In this document: one piece after another, positions 36,936 to 46,002 of the stretch
Numbering within the stretch: position 1 is the first letter of the stretch
Layout of the letters: the number at the start of each line of letters is the position of its first letter
Assembly: GCA_036522515.1 (NCBI GenBank)
Contig: DATDFQ010000041.1
Coordinates: forward strand, 65,498 to 129,497
Direction of reading: 5' to 3'
DNA length: 64,000 bases
From: Bacteroidota bacterium
GTDB lineage: Bacteria; Bacteroidota; Ignavibacteria; UBA10030; SZUA-254
Notes under the pieces: generated by a model
Databases searched by the model: none
Told to the model about the DNA's origin: nothing
The model's input: the letters and a program-made list of their open reading frames with translations, nothing else
Position numbers and translations under genes: made by a program

Positions 36936-37424
36936 TCACTTCCCCTTCCCGGGCTGTGCCGCTAGTTTCTGTTCGAGTTGTTTTCTGGCTCTGGCCAGGC
37001 GCGACATGACGGTTCCCATCGGGATGTCCGCGATCTGAGCTATCTCCTTATAGGAGAATCCTTCCAGTTCGCGCAGGACCAGCGCCTCGCGGAACTCGAC
37101 GGGCAATTCCTCGAGCGCGCTCCGGAGGAGCTCCGCATCCAGACTCTTCAATACTATCGTTTCCGGATTCGTCTCGTCTCCGGCCGGTCCATGGACTTCC
37201 TCGTCGAAGGCCGTCTCCGGCTCTTTCATCCTGTTCTGACGGAGCCACGTGTAGGTCGTGTTTCGCACAATCGTCAGCACCCAGGCGCGGCTGTCGCCGC
37301 CGCGGAACCCGGAAAAATACTTGAAGGCGCGCATGAACGATTCCTGCACAAGATCTTCAGCGTCGTGGTGATTGTGCGTCAACCACCGCGCCAGATTATA
37401 CGCCGCATTCATATGCGGAAGCAC
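36936..37424 (-). CDS. ECF RNA polymerase sigma-70 factor
   Basis: Region 2 (DAEDLVQESFMRAF) and region 4 (YKEIAQIADIPMGTVMSRLARAR). Confidence 0.85.
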   Translation of the reverse strand: MLPHMNAAYNLARWLTHNHHDAEDLVQESFMRAFKYFSGFRGGDSRAWVLTIVRNTTYTWLRQNRMKEPETAFDEEVHGPAGDETNPETIVLKSLDAELLRSALEELPVEFREALVLRELEGFSYKEIAQIADIPMGTVMSRLARARKQLEQKLAAQPGKGK

Positions 37425-37675
37425 CGTCTGCTCAAACCTGGAGAGTTTACCCTCTTCTTGCAGAGACTGTTCTTTCCGGGGTCATGCCCCTTGTGGTAAA
37501 GACTTATCCACCGGCGATTTTATTCCCGGAGCGTGATCATGCGTGTTATCGGGAATATTTTCCCCCCGGCAGGCGTCTTACTCGTTGGAGGCCCGCAAAC
37601 CGGAGATGAAGCACATCTTCCCGGTTACAGGAAGTTCGGTCGGGCCATATCGGTTCAAAAGAAAGGAATAATACG

Positions 37676-38206
37676 ATGAGAATCAAACAGATGTACGGCT
37701 GGCTGCTTCATCCCCCCGCGGATGCGCCGGCATCAACGATCCTGCTTCGCCTGATGGCCGGAGGAGTCTTCTTCTGGGAGGGGATACTCAAATTCGTCTA
37801 TACCAATCAGGGTGTCGGACGCTTTACGAAACTCGGCATCCCTTTTCCGGAGACCACGGCTCACTTTGTGGCCGGACTTGAAATCATCGGGGGCTTGCTC
37901 CTGATCGCCGGGTTTCTGACACGCCCGGTTGGGATCCTGTTCGTGTTCGAGATGATCGTCGCGATCCTGTCGACAAAGATCTCGCTCTACCTCGGCACGT
38001 CTCCCCTCCCCCTTCCTCCCGCGCCGCCCCAGATAGGATTCTGGGCCGTGCTTCATGAGGTGCGTTCAGACTATGCCCAGATTATGACCGTTCTGTTCCT
38101 GATCGCGGCGGGGCCGGGGAGGTTGTCGTTCGATGCGCTCTCCGCGCGCAACCCGAGGGAGAGCTCGCCCGGAAGAACCGCCAGGGTGGGGATCGGAACT
38201 ATCTGA
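37676..38206 (+). CDS. DoxX-family membrane protein
   Basis: LLRLMAGGVFFWEG ... 4 TM DoxX topology. Confidence 0.65.
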   Translation: MRIKQMYGWLLHPPADAPASTILLRLMAGGVFFWEGILKFVYTNQGVGRFTKLGIPFPETTAHFVAGLEIIGGLLLIAGFLTRPVGILFVFEMIVAILSTKISLYLGTSPLPLPPAPPQIGFWAVLHEVRSDYAQIMTVLFLIAAGPGRLSFDALSARNPRESSPGRTARVGIGTI

Positions 38207-40544
38207 GCAGGACGATCTTCTCCGACCGGATAAAATCGTTCGCGATGATCCTGCAGAGATAGACGCCGCTGGGAAGGAGAGAAGCGTCGAGCCGGACGTC
38301 GTACTTCCCAGGGCTCCGCTCGCCCTCGAGGATTGTCCGGACTTCCTGCCCGAGCAGAGAATAGAGCTTGATCGATACCTGCGACTTCTCCGGTATCTCG
38401 AAATGGATGGTGGTGGTGGGATTGAAGGGATTCGGGAACGCGGCGGCAAGACGGTATTCGGCCGGGATTTCGACCTGCGAACCGGGCGTCGCGGCATCTG
38501 CTCCCGGCGCCGATGGGGGCGCCTCGCCGTGCGGAGAAATCCTGATCCGGTTGACGGCGGGGGGAGTGCCCGCGGAGGCGAGAACCAATTGCCCGGCCTG
38601 CTGGACCTTCACCCAATAGCCGAAACCCGGTTGCAACACCGTGGTTGTTTTGTACGCCCCCGTGTATCCGAAGAAATTCGACGTCGTAATGCCGGGGGGA
38701 ATGGAAGCAATGCCCGAGACCGGGACGGGAGCGCTGGTGCATCCGATCATGTTCCATCCATCTGCGACATCGATCGTGTCGGGCCCGAAAACCTTCCCCG
38801 TCACCGTGACCGTCTGGGCCCCGACAAACTTCACCCAGTAACCGGCACCCTTCCTGAGCGTGTCCTCGCGCGTATACGCCGTCGCATAGGAGAACGCCGG
38901 CGATGCCGCTGTTGGATAAAGCTCCGAGAACCGGTAATCCGGCACGCCGAGGGGCACCGAGATGATGTTCCAGTTGTTCGCGACATCGCAGTGCATCGCA
39001 ATCGACCCGTCGGAGAACTTCACGGAGATCGCGTGGTTTTCCATGACGGAATGAAACGTGTAGGCCGTGTCCCTGTCCAGGTACTCTCCATCCACGATGA
39101 GGGTGTCGACAAAATAGCCGGAATCGGGCTGGATGTGATAGAGTTCGCTGTCGCCATAGGCGACCGTGACCATCCCGGGCGGAGAGATCGACCCGTGCGG
39201 TCCCGCGACCGCGTTGATGGTAAAGGTGGCGACTCTGAATGTCACCCGGAGTGTATGGTCTGCGTTCACGCTGAGGAACGAATAACTCGATGCCGCGGGC
39301 AGGTTGAGCCCGTCCACGATCACGCTATCCACCTGGTATCCGGTCGCCGGAGTAAAGAGATACGATTGTGAATTGCCGTAGGTGACACTCATCGAGCCGG
39401 TCGGTGCAACCGATCCGTTCGCGCCCGAGGATGCGGTGAGCGTATAGGTGTTGATGCTGAACCAACTGCTCAGGGTATGTCTCTGGTGGATCGCCGCGAA
39501 CGTGTAGCCCGAAAGCGAATCGACGCGGATCCCGTCGACCTGCACGCTGTCGACATGGTATCCCGTCTGCGGGGTGATGACGAACCGGATGGTCTGGCTA
39601 TCCGGTACCAGGACGGTTCCCGAAGGTGAGATCGAACCGTGCCCGTTTACCGATGTGACCACGGTATCATAGACCACGACCGGAGAGAGCGAGTTGACCC
39701 ACGCGGTGTACCAGAGGGAGGCCAGGTCCACGGTGGCGCGCTGGAATTGATCGATGGTGAAGGGGCCGGTTTTTTGCCAGAGTGCCGAATAATAGGTTGT
39801 ATTGTAAACTCCCCCGGTGAGACCCTTGGCATAATTGTCTGCCGCCATGATCGAGTCCACATACATATTGGCGTGCAGGATATAGGCGAAAATGAAGTCG
39901 AGCGGCTTGGCGATATAGTGGATCGAATCGTGGTGGATGACGATCTGGGATTGATAGGTGTTGATCATCGAGGTTTCGTAGCGGCTGTGGACGCCGTTAT
40001 TGCCCGTGAACTGTCCGTCGAAGTTGTTCGCGCAATGCAGCGGCTGGTGTGCGTCGCCGACATAGTGACCGATGTCGGCCATCGTCGATTCCGCCTTTGC
40101 GGTGGCTCCGCGCCTCAGTTGTGCGGTGAGGGAGTCGAGCTCCATCACGGTCGCCCACGGATTTACTCCCTGCGACTTGACGGTGTTCCACCCGTACAGC
40201 GCGACGACCGAATCCCTGCTATGAGGAAGTGAATGGTAGTTCGGATACCAGTCGATATCGATGAAGTGCCGGGGCGCCTCGGCGAAGAAATTCGTATCGC
40301 CGGGCACCTTTTTGCCGTCTGCGTCCGATGCGTGCTGATAGTAGTAAAGGCTGTCCGCTTTCAACACGCCCATGCTGTCGGGCAGGTGCATCGGCGCTTT
40401 CAGGTTGATAATGTGATGGCCCGTGGATCCCCACGCCAACGCGATCGTGACCGCGCAGGCGAGAAGGCCGAAGAACACGAATGCCTCCGAGAATTTGCGT
40501 TTCCAATGCTTCAAGCGTCCACCCTTCCATACGTAACGATGCAT
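38199..40544 (-). CDS. secreted S1/P1-family zinc nuclease with InlB-B-like repeat domains and T9SS C-terminal sorting domain
   Basis: WGSTGHHIIN and GDAHQPLH motifs of S1/P1 nuclease; three roughly 80-aa repeats (SISPSGTV...GYHVDSVQVDG); C-terminal FPNPFNPTTTIHFEIPE...VYLCRI T9SS CTD. Confidence 0.7.
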   Translation of the reverse strand: MHRYVWKGGRLKHWKRKFSEAFVFFGLLACAVTIALAWGSTGHHIINLKAPMHLPDSMGVLKADSLYYYQHASDADGKKVPGDTNFFAEAPRHFIDIDWYPNYHSLPHSRDSVVALYGWNTVKSQGVNPWATVMELDSLTAQLRRGATAKAESTMADIGHYVGDAHQPLHCANNFDGQFTGNNGVHSRYETSMINTYQSQIVIHHDSIHYIAKPLDFIFAYILHANMYVDSIMAADNYAKGLTGGVYNTTYYSALWQKTGPFTIDQFQRATVDLASLWYTAWVNSLSPVVVYDTVVTSVNGHGSISPSGTVLVPDSQTIRFVITPQTGYHVDSVQVDGIRVDSLSGYTFAAIHQRHTLSSWFSINTYTLTASSGANGSVAPTGSMSVTYGNSQSYLFTPATGYQVDSVIVDGLNLPAASSYSFLSVNADHTLRVTFRVATFTINAVAGPHGSISPPGMVTVAYGDSELYHIQPDSGYFVDTLIVDGEYLDRDTAYTFHSVMENHAISVKFSDGSIAMHCDVANNWNIISVPLGVPDYRFSELYPTAASPAFSYATAYTREDTLRKGAGYWVKFVGAQTVTVTGKVFGPDTIDVADGWNMIGCTSAPVPVSGIASIPPGITTSNFFGYTGAYKTTTVLQPGFGYWVKVQQAGQLVLASAGTPPAVNRIRISPHGEAPPSAPGADAATPGSQVEIPAEYRLAAAFPNPFNPTTTIHFEIPEKSQVSIKLYSLLGQEVRTILEGERSPGKYDVRLDASLLPSGVYLCRIIANDFIRSEKIVLLR

Positions 40545-40835
40545 CTCTCCGCTCCGACCGGACCAAGCTGCATGCCGGTCAGAAATCCGTCCCCGGTCTG
40601 ATCTCCCGATCAGGACATCCTGTGTTTCTTGGTTTTATGGTGCCGGAGCAGAAGACCTGCGATTGCCCCAACCATCAACGCGGCGAGAAGTAAATCCGAG
40701 ATCCAGTTGGGTGTAACTCCGTTCATAGCGAGCCGACTCCTTTAGAGCTTATTCGTATTGGCGGGAATAACCTGGAGCGGTGTGATGACATCTACTCGCC
40801 ATTGGAATTTACCAACTTAATCGGCTAGAGTCAAC

Positions 40836-41501
40836 CTATTGTCCAGGGATGATTCCCTGACTCACAAGCTCGGGCACGATCAATTTGACAATCTCGCGAT
40901 CGACCGATTCTCCCGACCCCTGCTCTTCAGCGTCACCCGTCGCCGACCAGATCATGCGCCCGTCCGTCCCGGTCGACCAGATACTGACCTCATGCCGCGC
41001 GATCCGTTCCGTTTCCGTGTATCCGGAATCCGTCACATCATGGTAGTAGGTAAAATAGGCGTTCCTCAGAGGATCATACCTTGTCACGAACTCCTGCCTG
41101 GTGTTGCCCGGGACGTAGGTGCTGACGGTATCGACTGCGATCCTTCGCGTGACGATGACACCGTCGTACCCGTTCGAACGGATGGCGGCTATGACGCTCG
41201 CCGTGTCGGGGAGCGCGTCGGGAAACAGCCGGTAGGAAGGCGTCGCGGTCACCCGGTGCTTGCTCAACTCGGCGACGAACCCGTCTTCCCACATGCGCCT
41301 TCTCACCGGATCCTTCCGGACCGCGATGACGAGCGCATTTTTCACGGTACCTTTGAAAAGAGGGTCGCGCCACATCTTTGACAATTCGCCCGACGAACAT
41401 CCCGCAAGGAGAGCGGCGAGCGCACACGCCGCCGGTATCAGGCGGCTTCCGGCTCCGATGCGGCCGTTCAATGTGTAAAATCTCTTTTTCAAAATGATTC
41501 T
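40836..41501 (-). CDS. hypothetical lipoprotein
   Basis: Probable TTG start (LKKRFYTLNG...); lipobox ALLAGC; no recognisable domain. Confidence 0.4.
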   Translation of the reverse strand, partial: RIILKKRFYTLNGRIGAGSRLIPAACALAALLAGCSSGELSKMWRDPLFKGTVKNALVIAVRKDPVRRRMWEDGFVAELSKHRVTATPSYRLFPDALPDTASVIAAIRSNGYDGVIVTRRIAVDTVSTYVPGNTRQEFVTRYDPLRNAYFTYYHDVTDSGYTETERIARHEVSIWSTGTDGRMIWSATGDAEEQGSGESVDREIVKLIVPELVSQGIIPGQ

Positions 41502-41822
41502 CCCTTTGTTGGTGTGACGCTGCTTTTCTATTAGTACCGCCTCCTTGCATTCTGGTTTACCTGTGATACCCATCACGGTTCTTGTAATTATGATGATGTA
41601 TCCTGTAATGAACCACGATCAGGCGACCTCTCACACGCCAGTCATACTCGTACCGAAGACCATCGGTACCGTCCAAACAAGAATGTGCACTTTGATGGCT
41701 GAAGCCCCACCCTCCCTGACTCAACATGCGGTACTGCATCGCCGCAGAATGAATTCTTTTCTCCGGCCGTGGAACCGGGAACGAACCTGCGGAACTTTGT
41801 CGTTGGGAATGAAGCGTGGGGA

Positions 41823-41897
41823 TGGCTCCACAGGCAGGACTCGAACCTGCAACCCTCCGGTTAACAGCCGGATGCTCTACCATTGAGCTACTGTGGA
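41823..41897 (-). tRNA. tRNA-Asn (anticodon GTT), CCA encoded
   Basis: Minus-strand sequence TCCACAGTAGCTCAATGGTAGAGCATCCGGCTGTTAACCGGAGGGTTGCAGGTTCGAGTCCTGCCTGTGGAGCCA folds as a cloverleaf (7-bp acceptor, GTT in anticodon loop CTGTTAA, TTCGAGT T-loop). Confidence 0.85.
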
Positions 41898-42013
41898 ATG
41901 TGCTGTGCCTGAAGGAGGAGTGTAATACGGAGTTTTTGCTAGAGTTAAGACTTTTTCCCAGGGTCAGCGTTCAAATATAAAAAAATCGGCGCCGAAAGTC
42001 AATCAGGCGTTTC

Positions 42014-42042
42014 TTGACTAAGCTTACCCTTTTACCTATATT
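42014..42042 (+). promoter_or_regulatory. sigma-70-like promoter (TTGACT - 17 nt - TATATT) upstream of clpC
   Basis: Near-consensus hexamers with a 17-nt spacer, about 90 bp upstream of the clpC ATG. Confidence 0.35.
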
Positions 42043-42132
42043 GATTCAGAGTAACGGTTGAAGTAAACACAGTTAACGAACCAGGAGACGGGCATCGAAC
42101 CCTTGACGACAGTTTATCCGAGGTAAATCGAG

Positions 42133-44634
42133 ATGGAAGGAAATTTTTCTAACAGGGTCCAGGATGTGATCCGGCTGAGCCGGGAAGAGGCGTTGCGGCT
42201 CGGGCATGATTACATCGGCACTGAACATCTGCTGCTCGGCGTCATCCGCGAGGGGGAGGGAATCGCCGTAAAGATCCTCCGGAACCTCGGAGTCGATCTC
42301 TATAAATTGAAGAAAGCGATCGAGGACACGGTGCGCACCTCCGGCGGAACGCTGACGATCGGCAACATCCCTCTCACCAAGCAGGCCGAGAAGGTCCTCA
42401 AGATCACCTATCTCGAAGCCAAGCTTTATAAATCCGACGTCATCGGAACGGAACATCTCCTTCTCTCGCTCCTGCGGGACGACGACAACATCGCAGCCCA
42501 GATTCTTCACCAGTTCAACGTCCATTACGACGTCGTTCGCAACGAACTCGACAACATCATCAGCGGCAAGCCCTCGAATCCTCCGGCAGCGCAGGGCGCC
42601 GAACGCCGCGCGGACAAATCAAAGACTCCCGTCCTCGACAATTTCGGCCGCGATCTTACAAAGCTCGCGATGGAAGACAAGCTGGACCCCATCGTCGGCC
42701 GGGAAAAGGAAATAGAGCGGGTCGCACAGGTCCTGAGCAGGCGAAAGAAAAACAATCCGGTCCTGATCGGCGAGCCCGGAGTCGGCAAGACGGCCATCGC
42801 GGAAGGATTGGCGCTCCGGATCGTGCAGAAAAAGGTCTCAAGGGTGCTCCACGACAAGCGCGTCGTCACGCTCGACCTTGCCGCGCTCGTTGCGGGCACC
42901 AAATACCGCGGCCAGTTCGAGGAACGGATGAAAGCCGTGATGAACGAGCTCGAAAAGGCGAAGGATGTCATCCTGTTTATCGACGAGCTCCACACCATCG
43001 TCGGAGCGGGCGGCGCATCCGGGTCCCTGGACGCCTCGAACATGTTCAAGCCGGCCCTCGCGAGAGGCGACCTCCAGTGCATCGGCGCCACGACGCTTGA
43101 CGAATACCGCCAGTATATCGAAAAGGACGGCGCGCTCGACCGCCGGTTCCAGAAGATCATGGTCGACCCGACCAGCGTCGACGAGACGATACAGATTCTG
43201 AAGAACATCAAGCACAAGTACGAAGAGCACCACAATATCCGTTATTCCGACACCGCGCTCGAGACCGCGGTGCGGCTGAGCGACCGCTACATCACCGACA
43301 GGTACCTGCCCGACAAGGCGATCGACGTGATGGACGAGGCGGGATCGCGCGTGCACCTTTCGAACATCCACGTCCCCAAGGAGATCCTCGACCTCGAGGG
43401 CGAAGTAGAGAAGATCCGGCAGTCGAAGAACCAGGTCGTCAAGAACCAGAACTTCGAAGAAGCCGCGCGTCTGCGCGACCTCGAGAAAAAGCACCTGAGC
43501 GATCTTGAAATCGCGAAGCGGGAATGGGAATTAAAGGCGCAGGAGACCGTCTACGAGGTGAACCAGGAGACGATGGCGGACGTCGTTTCGATGATGACCG
43601 GCATCCCGGTCAACAAGATTGCGCAGTCGGAATCCGACAAGCTCCTGAAGATGGAGGACGCGCTGACGAAGATGATCGTCGGACAGGAAGAAGCCATCCT
43701 CAAACTCTCCAAGGCGATCCGACGCACCCGTGCGGGGCTCAAGGATCCCAGGCGGCCGATCGGATCGTTTATTTTCCTCGGCCCGACCGGCGTCGGAAAA
43801 ACCGAAATGGCGAAGGCCCTCGCCCGCTACCTCTTCGATTCGGAAGAAGCGCTGATCCGGATCGACATGAGTGAGTACATGGAGAAGTTTACAGTTTCGA
43901 GGCTCGTCGGCGCCCCTCCGGGATATGTCGGCTATGAGGAAGGCGGCCAGTTGACCGAGAAAGTCCGGCGGAAGCCCTACTCCGTCGTCCTGCTCGACGA
44001 AATCGAAAAGGCGCACCCCGATGTGTTCAATATCCTGCTTCAGGTTCTCGACGACGGCATTTTGACCGACAGCCTCGGCCGGCGCGTCGATTTTAAGAAT
44101 ACGATTCTCATCATGACGTCGAACATCGGCGCCCGCGACATCAAGACGTCCGGCGGGTTCGGGTTCGGTCTCGATACCGTGAAAGACAATTACAAGTCGA
44201 TGAAGACCACCATCGAGGATGCGGTCCGCCGGGTCTTCAATCCCGAGTTTCTCAACCGGATCGACGATACGATCGTGTTCCACAACCTTGAGCGGGCGCA
44301 CATCGACAAGATCATCGACATTCAGATGGAGGAACTGGTCAAGCGGATGGCTTCGCTTGAAATCAAGATCCATCTGACGAAGCAGGCGAAGGAATTTTTG
44401 GTCGACAAGGGATTCGATCCCGCGTTCGGCGCGCGGCCGTTGAAGCGGGCGCTCCAGAAGTATATCGAGGATCCCATCGCCGAGGAAATTTTACGCTCCA
44501 AATTCGGCCAGGGCAGCATCGTGAGCGTCAAATTCAACAAGAAAACCGAGTCGTTGCGTTTCAAAGAGGGAGGCAAGAAGCTCAAGAAAGGTAACGTGAA
44601 GCCGGAGGCCCAGCAGAGCGCCAGCGTTTCTTGA
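42133..44634 (+). CDS. clpC: ATP-dependent Clp protease ATP-binding subunit ClpC
   Basis: Double Clp_N repeat, two AAA+ modules ([15 protein letters not shown]; [15 protein letters not shown]), UVR motif between them. Confidence 0.9.
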   Translation: MEGNFSNRVQDVIRLSREEALRLGHDYIGTEHLLLGVIREGEGIAVKILRNLGVDLYKLKKAIEDTVRTSGGTLTIGNIPLTKQAEKVLKITYLEAKLYKSDVIGTEHLLLSLLRDDDNIAAQILHQFNVHYDVVRNELDNIISGKPSNPPAAQGAERRADKSKTPVLDNFGRDLTKLAMEDKLDPIVGREKEIERVAQVLSRRKKNNPVLIGEPGVGKTAIAEGLALRIVQKKVSRVLHDKRVVTLDLAALVAGTKYRGQFEERMKAVMNELEKAKDVILFIDELHTIVGAGGASGSLDASNMFKPALARGDLQCIGATTLDEYRQYIEKDGALDRRFQKIMVDPTSVDETIQILKNIKHKYEEHHNIRYSDTALETAVRLSDRYITDRYLPDKAIDVMDEAGSRVHLSNIHVPKEILDLEGEVEKIRQSKNQVVKNQNFEEAARLRDLEKKHLSDLEIAKREWELKAQETVYEVNQETMADVVSMMTGIPVNKIAQSESDKLLKMEDALTKMIVGQEEAILKLSKAIRRTRAGLKDPRRPIGSFIFLGPTGVGKTEMAKALARYLFDSEEALIRIDMSEYMEKFTVSRLVGAPPGYVGYEEGGQLTEKVRRKPYSVVLLDEIEKAHPDVFNILLQVLDDGILTDSLGRRVDFKNTILIMTSNIGARDIKTSGGFGFGLDTVKDNYKSMKTTIEDAVRRVFNPEFLNRIDDTIVFHNLERAHIDKIIDIQMEELVKRMASLEIKIHLTKQAKEFLVDKGFDPAFGARPLKRALQKYIEDPIAEEILRSKFGQGSIVSVKFNKKTESLRFKEGGKKLKKGNVKPEAQQSASVS

Positions 44635-44708
44635 GCGACACCGCGGTTGGCTGTTCCCCCTCGTTCGAGCCCAGAACGAGGCGGGTGTAATTCTTCTCGG
44701 AACATCTC

Positions 44709-45737
44709 ATGGTACTTTCCACCAGATACTCCCGTGCCCGGGAGATCTCATTCCAGCAGCTGCTCAACACGAGGGTCGGCGAGCTCGAACTCCGTCCCGA
44801 CGACACGCTCCGCGACTGCCTGATCGTGCTCCGGCGCGAACTGATGAAAAACCGCATCGCGTTCTATCCCCGGTTCTACTTCGGGCAGGAGCCGTGGGGC
44901 TGCATCGACCGGACTGGATCCGTCGAGATCCCCTTCTACCTCGCGAATAACGAGCTTCGGCGGGTCGCGGAACGCCATCATGTCTCCTACTCGAAAAGGG
45001 AGATCATGATGATCCTGCGGCACGAGACCGGGCATGCGATCAATTACGCCTACAAGCTCTGGATCGGAAGCACGTGGAAGCGGTTGTTCGGGAAATTCAA
45101 GAAGCCGTACCCGCGCTTCTATAACTTCAACTCGAACAGCAAGGACTTCGTCCGCTATCTCCACCACATCGGGAACCCGCATTATGCGCAGCGGCATCCC
45201 GATGAGGACTTCGCGGAGACGTTCGCGGTCTGGCTCGACCCTTCTTCGAAGTGGAAATGGAATTACCGGTCGTGGCCGGGGGCCCTGGAAAAGCTTCGTT
45301 TTGTCGACCGGATGTTCCGGAGGGAACAACTGGCGCGGCGCCGGCCGTTGAAAGTCCGCTACGACGATACAAAAAGCCACAAGACCATCCCCGAGACGGT
45401 CGCCGAGTATTTTCAAATCGAGAAGAAGGTCGATCCGAGAGTGCGCGAATACACAATCGACCTCAAGGAAATCTTTTCGCGCGCGAAGCCCCGCTCGCGC
45501 CGCCTCATACGGGCGGACCTCTTCATCCAGAACTACAGCGATTACCTTGAAGAGGAACTCGTGACCTGGATTGCGAAAGCGGATCGAAGGGATATCCGGA
45601 AGTACCTGCGCGAGATCCAGACCATCTGCGGGCTCAACAGCCTCTACCTCCACCCCGACCAGACGACCGAAAAGCTTGTCGAACTCGTGATCGTCTCGAC
45701 CTACCACCTGATGAACAGGCTGAAGTTCATCCGGTAA
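44709..45737 (+). CDS. putative zinc-dependent metallopeptidase (HExxH)
   Basis: ILRHETGHAINY HExxH motif; no signal peptide. Confidence 0.5.
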   Translation: MVLSTRYSRAREISFQQLLNTRVGELELRPDDTLRDCLIVLRRELMKNRIAFYPRFYFGQEPWGCIDRTGSVEIPFYLANNELRRVAERHHVSYSKREIMMILRHETGHAINYAYKLWIGSTWKRLFGKFKKPYPRFYNFNSNSKDFVRYLHHIGNPHYAQRHPDEDFAETFAVWLDPSSKWKWNYRSWPGALEKLRFVDRMFRREQLARRRPLKVRYDDTKSHKTIPETVAEYFQIEKKVDPRVREYTIDLKEIFSRAKPRSRRLIRADLFIQNYSDYLEEELVTWIAKADRRDIRKYLREIQTICGLNSLYLHPDQTTEKLVELVIVSTYHLMNRLKFIR

Positions 45738-45745
45738 CAACCTAT

Positions 45746-45974
45746 TGTCATCCTGAGGGAGCGAAGCGACCGAAGGATCTCGTTCCCACGCTCTGCGTGG
45801 GAACGCATATTGCGGCGCTCTGCGCCGCATCACCGCCGAGACCCCTCACTCGTCACGCGACCTGAAGGTCGCGCCTACCGATTCTTCGGGCTTGGTAGCC
45901 GCAGGCTTTAGCCTGCGGTCTTTTCTCTCGTTCCCACGCTCCGCGTGGGAACGCATATTGCGGCGCTCTGCGCC
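45746..45974. repeat. composite repeat hotspot: family-2 palindrome half, two GTTCCCACGC hairpins, two GCGGCGC-TCT-GCGCCGC hairpins and family-1 copy D
   Basis: Direct reading of the whole intergenic region: 45746-45780 TTGTCATCCTGAGGGAGCGAAGCGACCGAAGGATC; 45783-45807 and 45927-45951 CGTTCCCACGCTC(T/C)GCGTGGGAACG; 45810-45830 and 45955-45974 ATTGCGGCGCTCTGCGCCGC; 45855-45918 family-1 copy D. Confidence 0.7.
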
Positions 45975-46002
45975 GCGACTCATCCGGGACCCGGCAAAAC
46001 GC

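Noticed and set aside
38133-39371. 412-aa + ORF
   Set aside because: Antisense to the S1/P1 nuclease gene.
41545-41886. 113-aa and 108-aa ORFs on both strands
   Set aside because: They span the tRNA-Asn gene and its low-complexity flank, so they are not protein-coding.
44672-44696. Possible clpC terminator hairpin CCTCGTTCGAGCCCAGAACGAGG
   Set aside because: Stem is only 7-8 bp and no U-tract follows, so it is weak evidence and is not reported as a feature.
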